From Paecilomyces variotii (Eukaryota): a stretch of DNA of 64,000 bases. Shown here one piece after another: positions 25,112-37,660 of the stretch. The stretch is from assembly GCA_004022145.1 (NCBI GenBank), contig RCNU01000006.1; one strand, 5' to 3'. Position 1 is the first letter of the stretch; each line of letters opens with the position of its first letter. The notes beneath the pieces are model-generated. The model ran no database searches and was not told where the DNA came from. It saw nothing but the letters and a program-made list of their open reading frames with translations. A program made the position numbers and the translations under genes.

Positions 25112-25672
25112 GGTTGTCAAGAGTTGGATTCAAAGAAGAAGTTTAGTCGAAAGGTTCACTGCCTCTGCAAATATCTGGCAATGGCTCGCCCTTCGCTTTT
25201 GGATGTGGTTGTTCGACGGAATGTGGTAGTCGTTTAGAGATCGGGACGTTCAAAAAAAAAAACCTATCGTCGGCTCTAGATCTGTCGGTCCGTTTGTTTC
25301 TCCGAGATCCAAGTGCCGTTGACCTTTTGTCACGTGATGGGCCGGGCTTAGTGCGTGGAGCGGTTAGATTGCTTTGGGTTTAGTCTTGCGGATCGTTGCA
25401 CACCTTAAATCTATGCCGCAGGGCTCAATCTCGAAGCATCCAGTATTTAACCTACATTCTAACGAACATGCTTCTGGTATCCAAAAGTAACTAAGAGGAA
25501 AGTGTAATATGTGAAGCTGTATGAGATTTCTAAGCGTGTCCCTTGCAAAAAACGGTTTGAAGGCGGCTTGCACGTTCCTTACTCTGAGTCACGTGACACT
25601 ACTATCCCTTCTAGGCAGCTTCTGCAAACAAAGAACTTCCATATATTCCAGAATAACATTACCATTTTTAAC

Positions 25673-25898
25673 GGGGAGTCCAGATGGCGCAGTGGTTACG
25701 AAAGTAATCACCGCTCCATCTAGCTGGAGGCTTCCTGTTCGAAACGGGGTCGGCGCGAAGAAACTGGAGCAGAAAAAAATGCTCTGGCTAGTACTCGACG
25801 CCATAACCCCGGAGTAAAACCCTGCCCGCCAAAAGCAAGGTGGGGTTTTCGTAGCACATCAGATTCCCTATAGGAGCGGCTGATGTGTGAGCTTTTTT
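25673..25898 (+). ncRNA. Candidate RNA polymerase III-transcribed structured ncRNA with tRNA-like promoter boxes; family unassigned
   Basis: A box TGGCGCAGTGG at 25685-25695; B box in a 5-bp stem with a TTCGAAA loop at 25733-25749; TATA-like ATATATT about 30 nt upstream; four further hairpins; TTTTTT at 25893-25898. Confidence 0.7.
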
Positions 25899-27360
25899 GT
25901 ATCTCGTTTAACCTGAGTTGATTTCCTTTTTTGGAAGTTAGATAGCGCAATGACATAAAGTTGCAGTCTTAGTAGATACAAGTTTAGTCTATTCTAGATA
26001 AAGAATAGCTATCTTTATCTCTTGTTCGCGTGATTTACATACCTTAGTTTTACTCGCAGTATGCCTTATCTTTTGTATACATCTTGCAACTCGATGCTAG
26101 GGAGTTAAAGAAGAAAACTTACGAACTAAGCGATTAAGCCGATATTAACTAAACAGAGATGTATCATTCCTCATGTAATGTATATTTCTTATGCACCTAT
26201 ATTTGCCTCTGTGCGAGCAATATCTATCGAGTCTGAGGTTTACTATCACTCGTTTATCTGGAAGTGGAGTTCACTACAAGGCTTTCATAAATATCGCGAA
26301 AGACTCGAGACAAATAGCTATCTTACCTGCTTAAGGGGATAGATTATTACATTATAGTGGCGAACAATATCAGAAAATATGTGCAGTTGCCTAGAGGGTT
26401 ACTCATGACAATAAATTATGTACTTGTACTGTATTCGATCTGCGACTATTCCCTTACCGGTCTTACAAGATACTATACATATGCTTTTCTCATATTACAT
26501 GGCCAGTCCACTTCAAATCAGGTAAATTATCAGACACACATTAGAAACATCTAATTATTCGCAATTCAAGGGAACAACCCCTGCTTCTTCTGGGAGACTC
26601 TGTAGAGCGTATAATGCGACGACAGTATCCGGGGCGGAAAAGACCTGGCTAGGAAGACAAACATACGCTGCGCGCAGCCAGTCAGTTTGTATCTAGATGT
26701 GTCATGGCGTAAAAGCGAGGCGATGTAGCTGTTCGATTGTTCAAGTACATAGGTATATTTACTCGTGGAAGAGGATTTTAAAGGTGGATTTGATCCAAAT
26801 GGCAAATGAGTAAATATCCAGTTATGACATGCCACCAAAATCCTTCGAAACGTATCGCAGAGTATACTCTGGAGACAGGATGATGTCAAGGTTAACCTGG
26901 TATGGTCCGCTTGCATCTTGGGTCAATTCAGCCTGTTTCATGACCATGCCCATGATATCAGTATGATCTTCCAACAAATCCATTCGATCCTGATTCTTAT
27001 TGTGAGAGGCTTGTCATTTACCGACAAACCGGTGTATATGTGGTGTGGCATAGCGACTCGCTTCAATACGTCAGCGTACATCTGCATAAGTTGCCACACG
27101 GATCTGATAAGCATCACAACTATCTTCCACATCGAAAAAATAAGAATAAGCCGCCGTTGACATTGCGTATGCCACTAGAAATTGAAGATAGAGCACGTGA
27201 TTGTTGTTTAAGATATCATCATAGCTTTTCCATCCTCGATTGTGGCGTTTTTATAGCCGAACCCATCACCGTCAATTGCGAAGCACAAGACACAAAACTC
27301 ATTGTTATAACGAGATATCACCTGCTCAATATATACTCCAAAGCACCTTTTCTATACAAG

Positions 27361-27651
27361 ATGACGTCCACTGGTCACAAAAGCCCATTCTCTGAGGAAG
27401 CGCCGGTAGAAACGATCCTGCTCCCCGCCGGAAGAGCTGACACCGCGGACAACGGCCCCTCACCCACGGAGCCTACTGGCACTGCACCCTATCCATCATC
27501 TCGAGGGACGGAAGACAGCCCTTGGAAACCATCCTTCAGCCGACAGCAAAGCTGGAACGAGCAAGATATGAAGCATCGCTTCCAGGAAAGGCTGCTCGGA
27601 TCTGAGAGGGGCAGGGAATCCGGCTTCACGGAAGCCCAACGCAGTGGATAG
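27361..27651 (+). CDS. Small hypothetical protein (96 aa)
   Basis: ATG in good context (ACAAGATG). The motif WKPSFSRQQSWNEQDMKH..GFTE resembles, from memory, small conserved Pezizomycotina proteins. Confidence 0.65.
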   Translation: MTSTGHKSPFSEEAPVETILLPAGRADTADNGPSPTEPTGTAPYPSSRGTEDSPWKPSFSRQQSWNEQDMKHRFQERLLGSERGRESGFTEAQRSG

Positions 27652-28429
27652 CAAGCGACGAGAGGAAATACGACTCAGCCAGAAACTATGAAATCGTCGT
27701 TGGATTTGCCCTGCTGCTGCGATCCAGGATATTGCGCAGGACTCCATTCTAGTTCCTGTCCCGCATGACGACTATTTCACGTGGTTCCGAGCTCCGTGCG
27801 ACAATGGACGAGGCCTGCCTGACGAGGAAATGAAATGATTTATGATCACTATCAAGCACACGCGATTTGCTCCTTTTCCTTGCCTGATTCTCGCTTCATC
27901 GATCGGCCTCTGTGCTCTTCACAAGTAGTTGGAGATCCCCGACTGGTGCGGACAGGAGTGGAGAAACATGCGTTGCATTGGAATGTGCCTTCTTTGTATA
28001 CGATTTAATGTAGTTAGTTAGTTAGTCGCTTTATGTAATTATCTGGGATATCGATTCAACTGTAATACTGTTTGAGTTTAATATTCTGCCTCGTAGATGA
28101 ACCGTTCGGCACGCTGAAAAAGCTGGGGTGATATGTATCGATAAACTCCGCGGTGTACCCGCCGCCGTCCCAGACCTCAACCTCGAGGAAACCCACTCCG
28201 CCGCAACGAGCTTCTCCTTGCACCAGACAACTCTCTTTAACGCACAGGGACAGCTGTTGCAAGGAAGCAACCCGCTCACACTCTTGCCCTGTCAACAACA
28301 GCGAGCTTCCATTCCAATGTGGCCCGCAAGTCACATATGCTATTTCCTTTCATATTTACTGGAAGGACCTTACGACGACTGAACTAAATCCTGCAACGCG
28401 ACTCCAAAACGCGACAGTGAGGGGCTACC

Positions 28430-31400
28430 ATGGACCGAAAGAGAAGGCGTATGTTCTCTTGTCGCACTATCTTGACCTGCCGTTTGGGACTAACTGACTG
28501 GACTGATACAGGGGAGCTCCGCGATCTGAATGCGAAAGCTTGGAGTGGCGAGACCGGTATGACTCTCGTTCGAACTGCACCTCCCATATACCCGCCTAAA
28601 AAACTGACACCTTTACGTTGGCAGACATATTCCCGGTCAGCAAGTCGCTTGACTCTGCGTTGAAGAAAAATACGGCATTTATCAAGCGCCTCCGAACTGG
28701 AATCACCGCTTCCGCACTTCCCACTTTTCTGTCGGACATTCGCACCCTGTCGCTGCACAAATACCTGTCTGAGATCATCTCAGCCTGCTATGAGGGACTT
28801 TGCAAGCTCAAGTCCCCCGGCGAGGTGGCTGCCGGCGTGGATATCGTCAGTGCTCTCCACCAGCGATTCGGTCCCGACGAATTCACGAAACAGATCGGTT
28901 GGCTATTAGGACGAGGTTTGAGTAGCCCGGATAAGTCTCAGTTAAAGGCGCTCAGTCAAGAATTGCGCGACAGAGAGGAAAAGGAGCGTCTATCGAGACA
29001 CAGAGTTTTGCTCAGGGTTGTTACGGAGCTTTGGCTGGTGGGGGTCTTGAAGACTTTGGATGATATTGAAAAGCCGGAGGACGTGGGTGTCAAAAGTCTG
29101 GATGGAGCAGTCGCTGCTGCGAAAGCGGGCGAGGGCTCCGTGAAGGCCAAAGCACCACCATCGGTACCGAAGGGAGATCAGGACAAGGAAGCTGAGCCGT
29201 TCCCTCTGGAAGTTCTAAAGGATCTTCTCGGGCATGACCGGGAGCACGCAAACCTGCCACTGGCAGTGCTCTTTGTAAAAAGCTTCAGCTGGGATATCCT
29301 TGGAGTCAAACCACCTGAGGAGGGAAGGAAGACAGTTGAGACGGATGGTGCCACGGCAACTACGGCACCCGATACTGAAGCTGGAAACGAATCTGCTGCT
29401 GATTCAGGTGCTGATGATCCTCCGCTTACTCCAGAGAAGTTACAGTTGCGGTTCAAGAATATCTTGAACCGCTACCTAGAGGATGTCAAAGCTCACGTTA
29501 TACGCGACCAGAAGTCCCTGGCAGCTCAAAGCCGCCGTAATGCAGAAGCATACGTGAAAAGTGGTGAGATCTTTGAAGACCGCCAAGCAAACTTCGAAAA
29601 GCAAAGCAAGGCCCATGAGAAGCTCGTTGCGAATACGCAGGTCCTTTGCGAGGTTCTTGGAGCTGAGATGCCTGATCTGGTCGAGAAAGAGGCAACTGAT
29701 TCGGGGGGCAGCGGAAATATTGGTCTCGTTAAGACAGCTGAATACCTGCGTGGCCTGGGAGATGGAGCGGGTATTTGGGAAGATGAAGAGGAAAGGCGCT
29801 TCTACGAGAACCTGGTCGATCTCAAGGGCAAAGTTCCCGCTATTCTGCTGGAAGATGGCAAGAAAAAGAAAGGCGAAGCAGACGACCAGACAAAGAAGAA
29901 AGCGGAGGCCGAACCAGCTACAGATGCCTCGACAGAAAAGCCTGAGCCATCCAGCCAAGCTCAGCCTACCGAACCGAAGCCTGCAGTGGTGGACGATCAA
30001 TCTACAGCCATTGCCAACAAGACCGTGGGTGCCCAAGTCGATGCGCTACTGGCAAAGCTCCCTGAACTCCAAACAAAAGATCAGGTCGACCAGTTGGCGC
30101 TAGACTTCTGTTTCCTCAACTCCAAAGCATCCAGAAACAGATTGATCAAAGCAGTTCAGGACGTTCCTAAAGGTCGCACTGATCTCTTACCTCTCTATTC
30201 GCGACTGGTGGCCACGTTGGGACAGCATATGCCAGATGTGACTCAAGGCTTGATTTCTTATCTCGATGAGGAATTTCGCAGTCTCCAGCGCCGGAAACAG
30301 AAAGAGTTTTTGGGCCAAGTTAGAACGATCAATATTAGATATCTGGCGGAGTTGACAAAGTTCGGTGTCGTACCTGAACATGTTATTTTCCACTGTTTCA
30401 AAGTCAGCCTCGACGACTTCTCGCGGATGAATATCGAAATTATCGGCAACCTCCTGGAGAACTGTGGTCGATATCTACTTAGGAACCCAGAGACTTCGCC
30501 TCGAATGGCCTCGTTCTTAGAAACCCTTAGTCGGAAGAAGACGGCAACGCACTTGGGACAACAGGAACGGATGATAATCGAGAATGCTGTGTATTACGTC
30601 GACCCTCCACAGCGCCCAGCTATCCAACAGAAGGAACGCACGCCGATGGAGTTATATATCCGCAAGCTGATCTATCTGGACATGAACAAGCGCAACTACA
30701 CGAAGATACTGAAGTCCATCCGGAAGCTCCATTGGGAAGAACAAGAGGTAATGAATGACATTGGGTCATGAGTCAATAGGCGTTTCACTAACTTCCGAAA
30801 AGGTCGTCAACATCCTCGAGCGAGTATTCAGCAAGCCGGGGAAGGTGAAGTATGGTAACATCCATCTACTTGCGATCCTTGCAAGCGCATTATACCGGTA
30901 CCACCAGGACTTCGTTATCGGTATCGTGGATAATATCCTGGAGCGTATCACGTTGGGTCTGGAACAGAACGACTTCAAGTTTAATCAGAAGCGCATCGCT
31001 GAGGTCAAATATCTTGGAGAGCTGTACAACTATAAGATGATTGATTCTCCAGTCGTGTTCGACACTCTCTATCGGATAGTAACATTCGGCCACGGTGGGT
31101 TAACATTCAGGATATGCTCAATGTCCCATAGCTTACACATGGTACAGAAGGCGGTACTCCTACTCCTGGCAAGATTAATCCCCTAGATATGCCCGATGAT
31201 TTCTTCCGAATCCGCTTGGTGTGCACGTTGCTGGATACATGCGGTGTCTGCTTCGATCGTGGATCTGCAAAGAAGAAACTAGACTTCTTCCTGACTTTCT
31301 TCCAGGTAGGTCCTCTTGTGATGATGACGATGGTAGTATCTTGCTAATGACAGCAAAGTATTACATCTACACCAAGGATCCGTTGCCGATGGATGTCGAC

Positions 31401-32465
31401 TTCCTCTTGCAAGATACATATTCCTTGACGCGACCCCAGTGGAAGATCGCCTCTAATCTGGAAGAAGCTACTCGTCTATTCGGAGAAGCAGTCGCCCAGA
31501 ACTACAAGCTGCAAGATGCTGACAAGAATGCTGAACCTGAGGAGGATGATCTGGAAAGCATAGGGTCTGACGATGGTCTCGAAGACGACATCGTTCCGGA
31601 AGCAGAAGAGGACCAATCCTCGAGTGAGGAGGCTGAGGTGAGCAGTTTGCTGGCTGGGGCTTGTTTGCAGGTACTGATAGGACACCAGGCCTCTGGCGCA
31701 AATGCGGAGCAGAATGAAGACAGCGAGTCTGAAGACGAAGAACAGATCTTTGTCAAACGTCAAGAAGAGGAACGCGATCCCGAAGCGGAAGCAGATTTCG
31801 ATAAGGAGTTTGAAAAGATCATGGCAGAGAGTCTTGAGTCGAGAAGGTTTGAACGCAAGGCGATGTTCGATGTGCCCCTACCCATGAAACGACCTGGGCG
31901 GGAGTCTTCCACTACAGATAACCCTGAAGGCTCCCAGGCACCGCCCAGCACGATGGCTTTCTCCCTAATGACCAAACGGGGAAATCGGCAACAGGTTCGG
32001 TCGAATATTGTGATAGGGAAGCTGGCTCCTTGGCTAATTCAGTACAGACTCGAACGATTGATCTACCCTCGGATTCTAGCTTTGCAGTTGCGATGAAGAG
32101 CCAACAACAGGCGGACCGTGAAGAACAGCAACGGATCAAGAACCTGGTTTTGAACTATGACTTGTCGATGGACAATGACAACGATGGTGAAGACGACCTT
32201 TCATTGGACCCACTTCTTCAGAGGAACCCAAATACTAAAGGCATTAAAGGACTTGAGAAGCGCAGTTCTCACCGCGACACCCGGATCGATAAATCGAGCT
32301 CGAGCCGCGCCGCGTTCCGGTCGAGAAAGCTACAGCTCAGCGACGTTGACTGGTATGACCACAAAAAACCCGGATCTCGATCTTCTGTACCCAAGGGCTC
32401 AAAAACATATGGCTAATCAACGATGGGCGCTTGTCGTGCCCGCTATGCGATAATATAGGACCTGA
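28430..32465 (+). CDS. upf2: Nonsense-mediated decay factor Upf2/Nmd2 (three MIF4G domains, acidic region), multi-exon
   Basis: SLDSALKKNTAFIKRLR, IWEDEEERRFYENLVDL, RYLAELTKF, KYLGELYNY, DDFFRIRLVCTLLDTCG, EEQQRIKNLVLNY; about nine GT-AG introns. Confidence 0.97.
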
Positions 32466-33625
32466 GGTTACCCCCTGGACGAAATAGACGTATTCTTACT
32501 GTCTCGATACGAGTATCGATTTACCTTTTTCGAGAAGGCAAAACCCTCAGTCATTCCTGACGAGACTTGCTCTGTGGTACACGACAGCCCGTCAACAGAT
32601 GCAGGGGCCAGATCTCCACTGCTTCTATCACCGTGGATAAACGCCCTTCGGTCACGGCTCTGCTTACCCTCTGCAGGATGCATGCAACTTCGCGGAAGAC
32701 TATCGGGGAAAACCGCCCGTACAGCCAAGGACGAACAGGAGATCCATAAGGTCCGAAAAGCAAGCGCGGTGGCAATGATCAAGCTCAATAATCATCACAC
32801 TGCGTCAACTGTCCATGTACGGGAGACATCGAATCGCAATATGAACAGTTGATTACATGCCCTAGCTAGCTAGTGGAGTCTGATTACGCCAGTAGGCACT
32901 GGCTTTCTCTTTCCTTTTTTTTTTCTAAAATTGTCATTTCGTGAATTTTTATCTTTGTGGGAAAACACGCAGTAATCTGACAGAATAAATAATTTAAAAA
33001 AAAAAAAAGTCGTATTATTATTAGTATCTCAAATGCAGACAAATTCAATAAATAATTAGTCAATGAATACTTGCTTCTTTAGTAATCTGCTTCTTTGCAA
33101 TTAGTTAGAATAGAGGTGCATTTATAAGCTACCAGCCGAGGTATGCCGGTTGGATAGTTATGGATTTCTAAGCTTAAGTAGTAGTTAACTACCGCCTTCC
33201 TTTACGTATCCAATATCCAAGGTACTGTACAAGCTACTAGTTAGTTCCTAAGAAGACAGAAGAAGAATCACTCATAATAACAAAGGGAAGATGTCTTTGA
33301 ATAAGTTACTGTAACTAGTGTAGCAGTCATGTGTAGATAATATACACTTTGGGGGGTTCCGGGGGGTTCTTGTCTATATGGTCTTGTACTAAAAAAAAGC
33401 ATTAATACAAGTTTTTGTCAAACTTTTCCCAACCATTTCCCCTCCTCTTCCTACTTTTTTCTTTTCTTTCTCTGAAGGTTGAAATGTATCTATATCCATT
33501 CCAGTAATAAAAAAGAAATGGAGGGGAGTATGACAAGGCTTTCTTTCTCGCTTCTTTCGTTCGCTAGCTAGCAGCTTCGGGGTTCGTCACGTCACGCGGT
33601 ATAGGGAGGATTTGGGAATCTCCGT

Positions 33626-34719
33626 CTACTGTGTGGTTTCGTTCTTCTCCCGGGTGTCGTGGTACTGCTTGGGCACTAGCTCGTCGCCTTCTGGGTTCTC
33701 GGCGCCTTCAGCGGTGGCGGCCTTGGCCTGGGCGTGGACCTCCTTGGCGCGAGCGCGCTTCTCGTCGGGGTGAGAAGCAGCGTCGATTTCGGCGGCGGAG
33801 GGCTGAGCGGACTTGTCCTCTGCGGCGATCTGGTCTCTCAGCTGGGTGTCAACCTCGTCCTCGTCGAGCTCGGTGCCGTAGACGTCGGGGTGCTGGCGGA
33901 AGCAGTCCTGCATGCCCCTGTTGATTGATGTATGAGTTAAGCATGCTTTGTCTGAACAGGAAGGAGAAGGCGGAGATTGCAACATACTTGAACTTCTCAA
34001 TGCAGTCTATGCCCTTCGGCTCTTCCGTAGAGTAGACGAAGCAGCTGAAAGCGGCCTTGAACTCCTCTCCACAAGGACCATGGGCCATTCCACCCAGGCA
34101 GGGGCAGTCCCAGTTGATCTCGCCGGTCTCTGGGTTGAATGCGCCCTCCTGTCCAGCCTGCTCCTCAAGCTCCTCCGGTGACGACAAGCCCTCCGAAGAC
34201 TGTGCGGCGCCCTCTGGGGTGGTCGCAGTCTGCACATCGGTCTTCACGGCATCCTGCTGCTGCTGCTCTTGACGTCTCTTGGGCTTGATGGCATCGAGTG
34301 TGGGGAGGTTGTCGGTATCTTCTTCTACCTCAGGCTGGGGCCGGAGAGAGACTGCAGGTTGGTTCAATTGCAGGTTAGCAAAGTGATTCATGAATATCTA
34401 CTCAAAATGACCCGACTGATTCCGCAGAGAATCCTCCCTTGGGGAGGAAAAGCGAGGTTCTCCGCGGAAGATGAAAAATCACACTCGTCGGGTACATCGG
34501 TCACATACATGACGGCTGCTTCGCAAACACGCTGCTCGTGTTGTAGTAGTATACGACACCCACGGCCAGACCTGCTCGCAGAACCAGGCTCTTCCAGCTC
34601 CTCGACTTCTGGGTGGGCGGTGCGGTGCTGATCAATCGTCGGCTGGACTGGATGCGACCCGGTGCGCCGACAGCAGCGGCTGGCGCGCGGAGCAGGACTC
34701 TCGACGCGGGCCGGAACAT
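33626..34719 (-). CDS. mia40: Mitochondrial intermembrane-space oxidoreductase Mia40, 3 exons
   Basis: Presequence [11 protein letters not shown], a TM segment, and [45 protein letters not shown] (CPC plus twin CX9C). Confidence 0.96.
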
Positions 34720-35064
34720 GATGTGAGAAAATGGACGGACGGGGCTAGAAATACAAAAGACGATGCATGAAACTGGAGAGAGGAATCTGCGGGTGGAGGA
34801 GAGGGTGTTGCGCGCCGGAGAGCGGGCTTTTCTCTGGAGTTGGATTTGCGGAGGAGCTGCAGTTCCCAAAGGTTCGAGATACGGATGGAATGAGGCGCCT
34901 GAGGCAGCCAGGCTGACGTCGGCTTGGTCAGCGGGATCTGGATTGCCTTTGGCAGTTTACCTAGGTAGTTAATTATATCTCGATCTTGATCGTCTCGAGT
35001 ATGTTCTTGCAGTTAATTTAATTGACTGTGTCTTTCTCCTGTGTCAAGAACACTCGGGCCGCTC

Positions 35065-36326
35065 ATGGAGTGGGATCCCACCCAGTTCTTCCGTGACGGA
35101 ATTCGTCCCTCTGTTCCTTTTGCTCTGCTCGTTCTCAACCAGCCTATCAACCAGAGGGCTTTCGCTGCACTGAACAAGCATGGTGAGGATTCCCATCTAA
35201 GCTGACTTTTAGCACCGCATTTATATTCTTTTTGTTTTCTTGGAATTTCCTAATTACATATACATATATCGATGTTCTAGCTAACATCATCAATAGCATG
35301 CTTCACAATCTGCGCTGACGGCGGCGCTAATGTGTACTATGATCTCATGAAAAGCCAAGATAGGGAAACGAGTGATGTGAGGTTTCTTCCGATTGTCTTT
35401 CTTTCTATGCTGTCTTCATCCGTTTCAATCATTTAAACCCTTCTATGCAGTATACTATAGATTATGCAATCCCCAATTTCCCTCAATCATTCAATTATCT
35501 CTAAACAGACACACCGCGAAGTGCTTTTACATTGCATTTATTCATTTCCCATGTTTCCCAAGAAGAAAAACACCACATCCCAATATCTCAAAAAAAAAAA
35601 AAAAAAAAAAAAAAAAGCAATTTCTAACCACAAACCCAGCTCCCCAACGCCATCGTCGGCGACCTCGACTCCATCCTCCCCTCTGTGCGAAAACACTACG
35701 AATCCCTAAATGTGACAATCGTCCACGACCCAGACCAATATTCCACGGACCTTATGAAATGTTTAAAATACCTACGCGCGAACGCCTCGAGGATTCTACA
35801 CTCCAGCGCAGAAAATACCTCGTCCTCCAAGGGATCTACTTCGGAAATTGAATCTCAATCTCAAGCTCAAGCTCAATCTCATCCACGACTCGACGTCCTC
35901 ATCCTAGGCGGTCTAGGCGGCCGCGTCGACCAGGCTTTCTCCCAGGTCCATCATCTATACGCCATGGCTCAACATGAGGATAGTCCGGGCGAACTGTACC
36001 TTGTTTCAGAAGAGAGTATTTCGTTTATTCTTCGGACGGGACGGAATGTGATCCAGACGCCGGGGGCGAGGAGGGCGAAAGGTTCTTCCAAAGATACTGA
36101 TCCCGATGGTATCTACTATCTAGAAGAAAACATTGGCATTCTCCCTATTTCTGGCCCCGCGGTGATTTCAACTACCGGATTCGAATGGGACGTTAGTGAC
36201 TGGCGGACTGAAATGGGCGGGCAGATCAGTACGAGTAATCATATCCGAGCGGATGTGGTGAGTGTCGAGACCAATGAGCGGGTTTTGTTCACGGCGGAGT
36301 TAGCGGGGAGGTTTAAGGCGAGGTGA
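35065..36326 (+). CDS. thi80: Thiamine pyrophosphokinase, 3 exons
   Basis: ALLVLNQPI, ICADGGAN, IVGDLDS, DQYSTDLMKCL, LGGLGGRVDQ, ISTSNHI. Confidence 0.95.
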
Positions 36327-37660
36327 GGTAGACTCGACTGGATGAACGGGTTGGGTTGTTGATATATACATAGTATAGAAGTCCTGGATAGGATTGGCTG
36401 GGTAGGTCGGCTATATAGCTGTCGTTATAGGTGGTTAGTACAGTACATTACTTGTATATCCTGGTTTTATATATATGGAAGTTCCCGAACCTTCAATGAT
36501 TCTCTTGACCTTATCTGAGAGTACCTAAAGAGAATGAAACTACATACCAACAATACTTATCCATCATACAAATATATAACTACAGCACGATTCAAAATTA
36601 TATAAAATCCCAAACCAGCCAAATACAAAAACCAACAGTTTCACTCCCGAAGCAAAATTCCCAGCTTATTCCATCGAATATAAAATAGAACAGAAGCAAG
36701 ATCTACACTATACAACTTAAATTACTTGCCTGTTTTACTTCTTTATCTGGAGAAGGGAGGGGGGGGTGATTTAATCTTATATTTATTTACCTCTAGCACA
36801 TAAAGAATCTAGATCCCAATAATCTAGTAAGTTCCATCCTATATTTAGGACTTTCTGCAACGGGATAATTAATACATCACTTGGCGGTTTGCTTTATACG
36901 CAGGATACAACACGCACTTCCCACTCTTACTCCTATATCAATAAAGAACATACTAAAATAGCTAAAGCAAGGATATATATAACCCAAAACACATCATTTC
37001 ATTCCTTTATTCCTTGCCCTCTTTATTTATTCCTTACATACATCATACTCTTTAACCCTCCCGTCCCCTTCCCGTCCCCTTCCCGTCCCCTTCCCTTCCC
37101 CTCCCTCCTTTCCCGCTCCTTTAACCAAGTTAAAAGACAACGAGAAGTTCTCAATTCAGCAGACTGAAATAAAATAAAAAGCTAAAACAGCAGACAGAGC
37201 AAGAGACAAAAAAAAAACAAGCAAAATACTCCCCCTTACCAAGTAACCCACAATTTCCCCGGCAATGTAATCGAGCAAGAAACGAAGGGATATCTGAATA
37301 GTCAAGTATAAGAGAGGAGGAAAAAAAAAAAGCATAAACACCTAACTAAAGGAACTAGCTTCTCAGAATGCGTGACGGATAGACTAGACTAGACCAGCCA
37401 AGCAAGAAAAGAAACAAGAAAAAAAGCACACCCACGTTACATAAACCCAGTAATAACCACATGACGACGTCGAGATAGAGAGACGGTTCCCTTGCAACAA
37501 TCAAAGGATCAATCTCTCTTTTCGAGAGGGGGTATATCCATATAATTACATATATGGCTATCTCCCCTCCCCGGTTTCCAACTCCACATATATAAAACGT
37601 AAAAGTACAATGAATGCACTTGGTGAAAACTCGAATCGAACCCCTGCGAGGACCAGTTTT

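Noticed and set aside
25678..25756. tRNA gene
   Set aside because: A and B boxes are present, but there is no D stem or anticodon arm and only 5 of 7 acceptor positions pair; the unit continues about 140 nt to the T-tract.
25752..25802. Hairpin ribozyme (loop B-like AGAAAC / UAGUAC)
   Set aside because: The catalytic A38 equivalent is missing and no loop A domain could be assembled; a generic loop E motif explains it.
27040..27360. N-terminal extension of the 203-aa ORF
   Set aside because: Non-ATG start with a promoter/UTR-like composition; the ATG at 27361 is the better start.
35377..35639. TPP riboswitch in the long intron of thiamine pyrophosphokinase
   Set aside because: No CUGAGA / GAU..AAU..GCG aptamer core is visible; the intron is simply AT-rich with a poly-A run.
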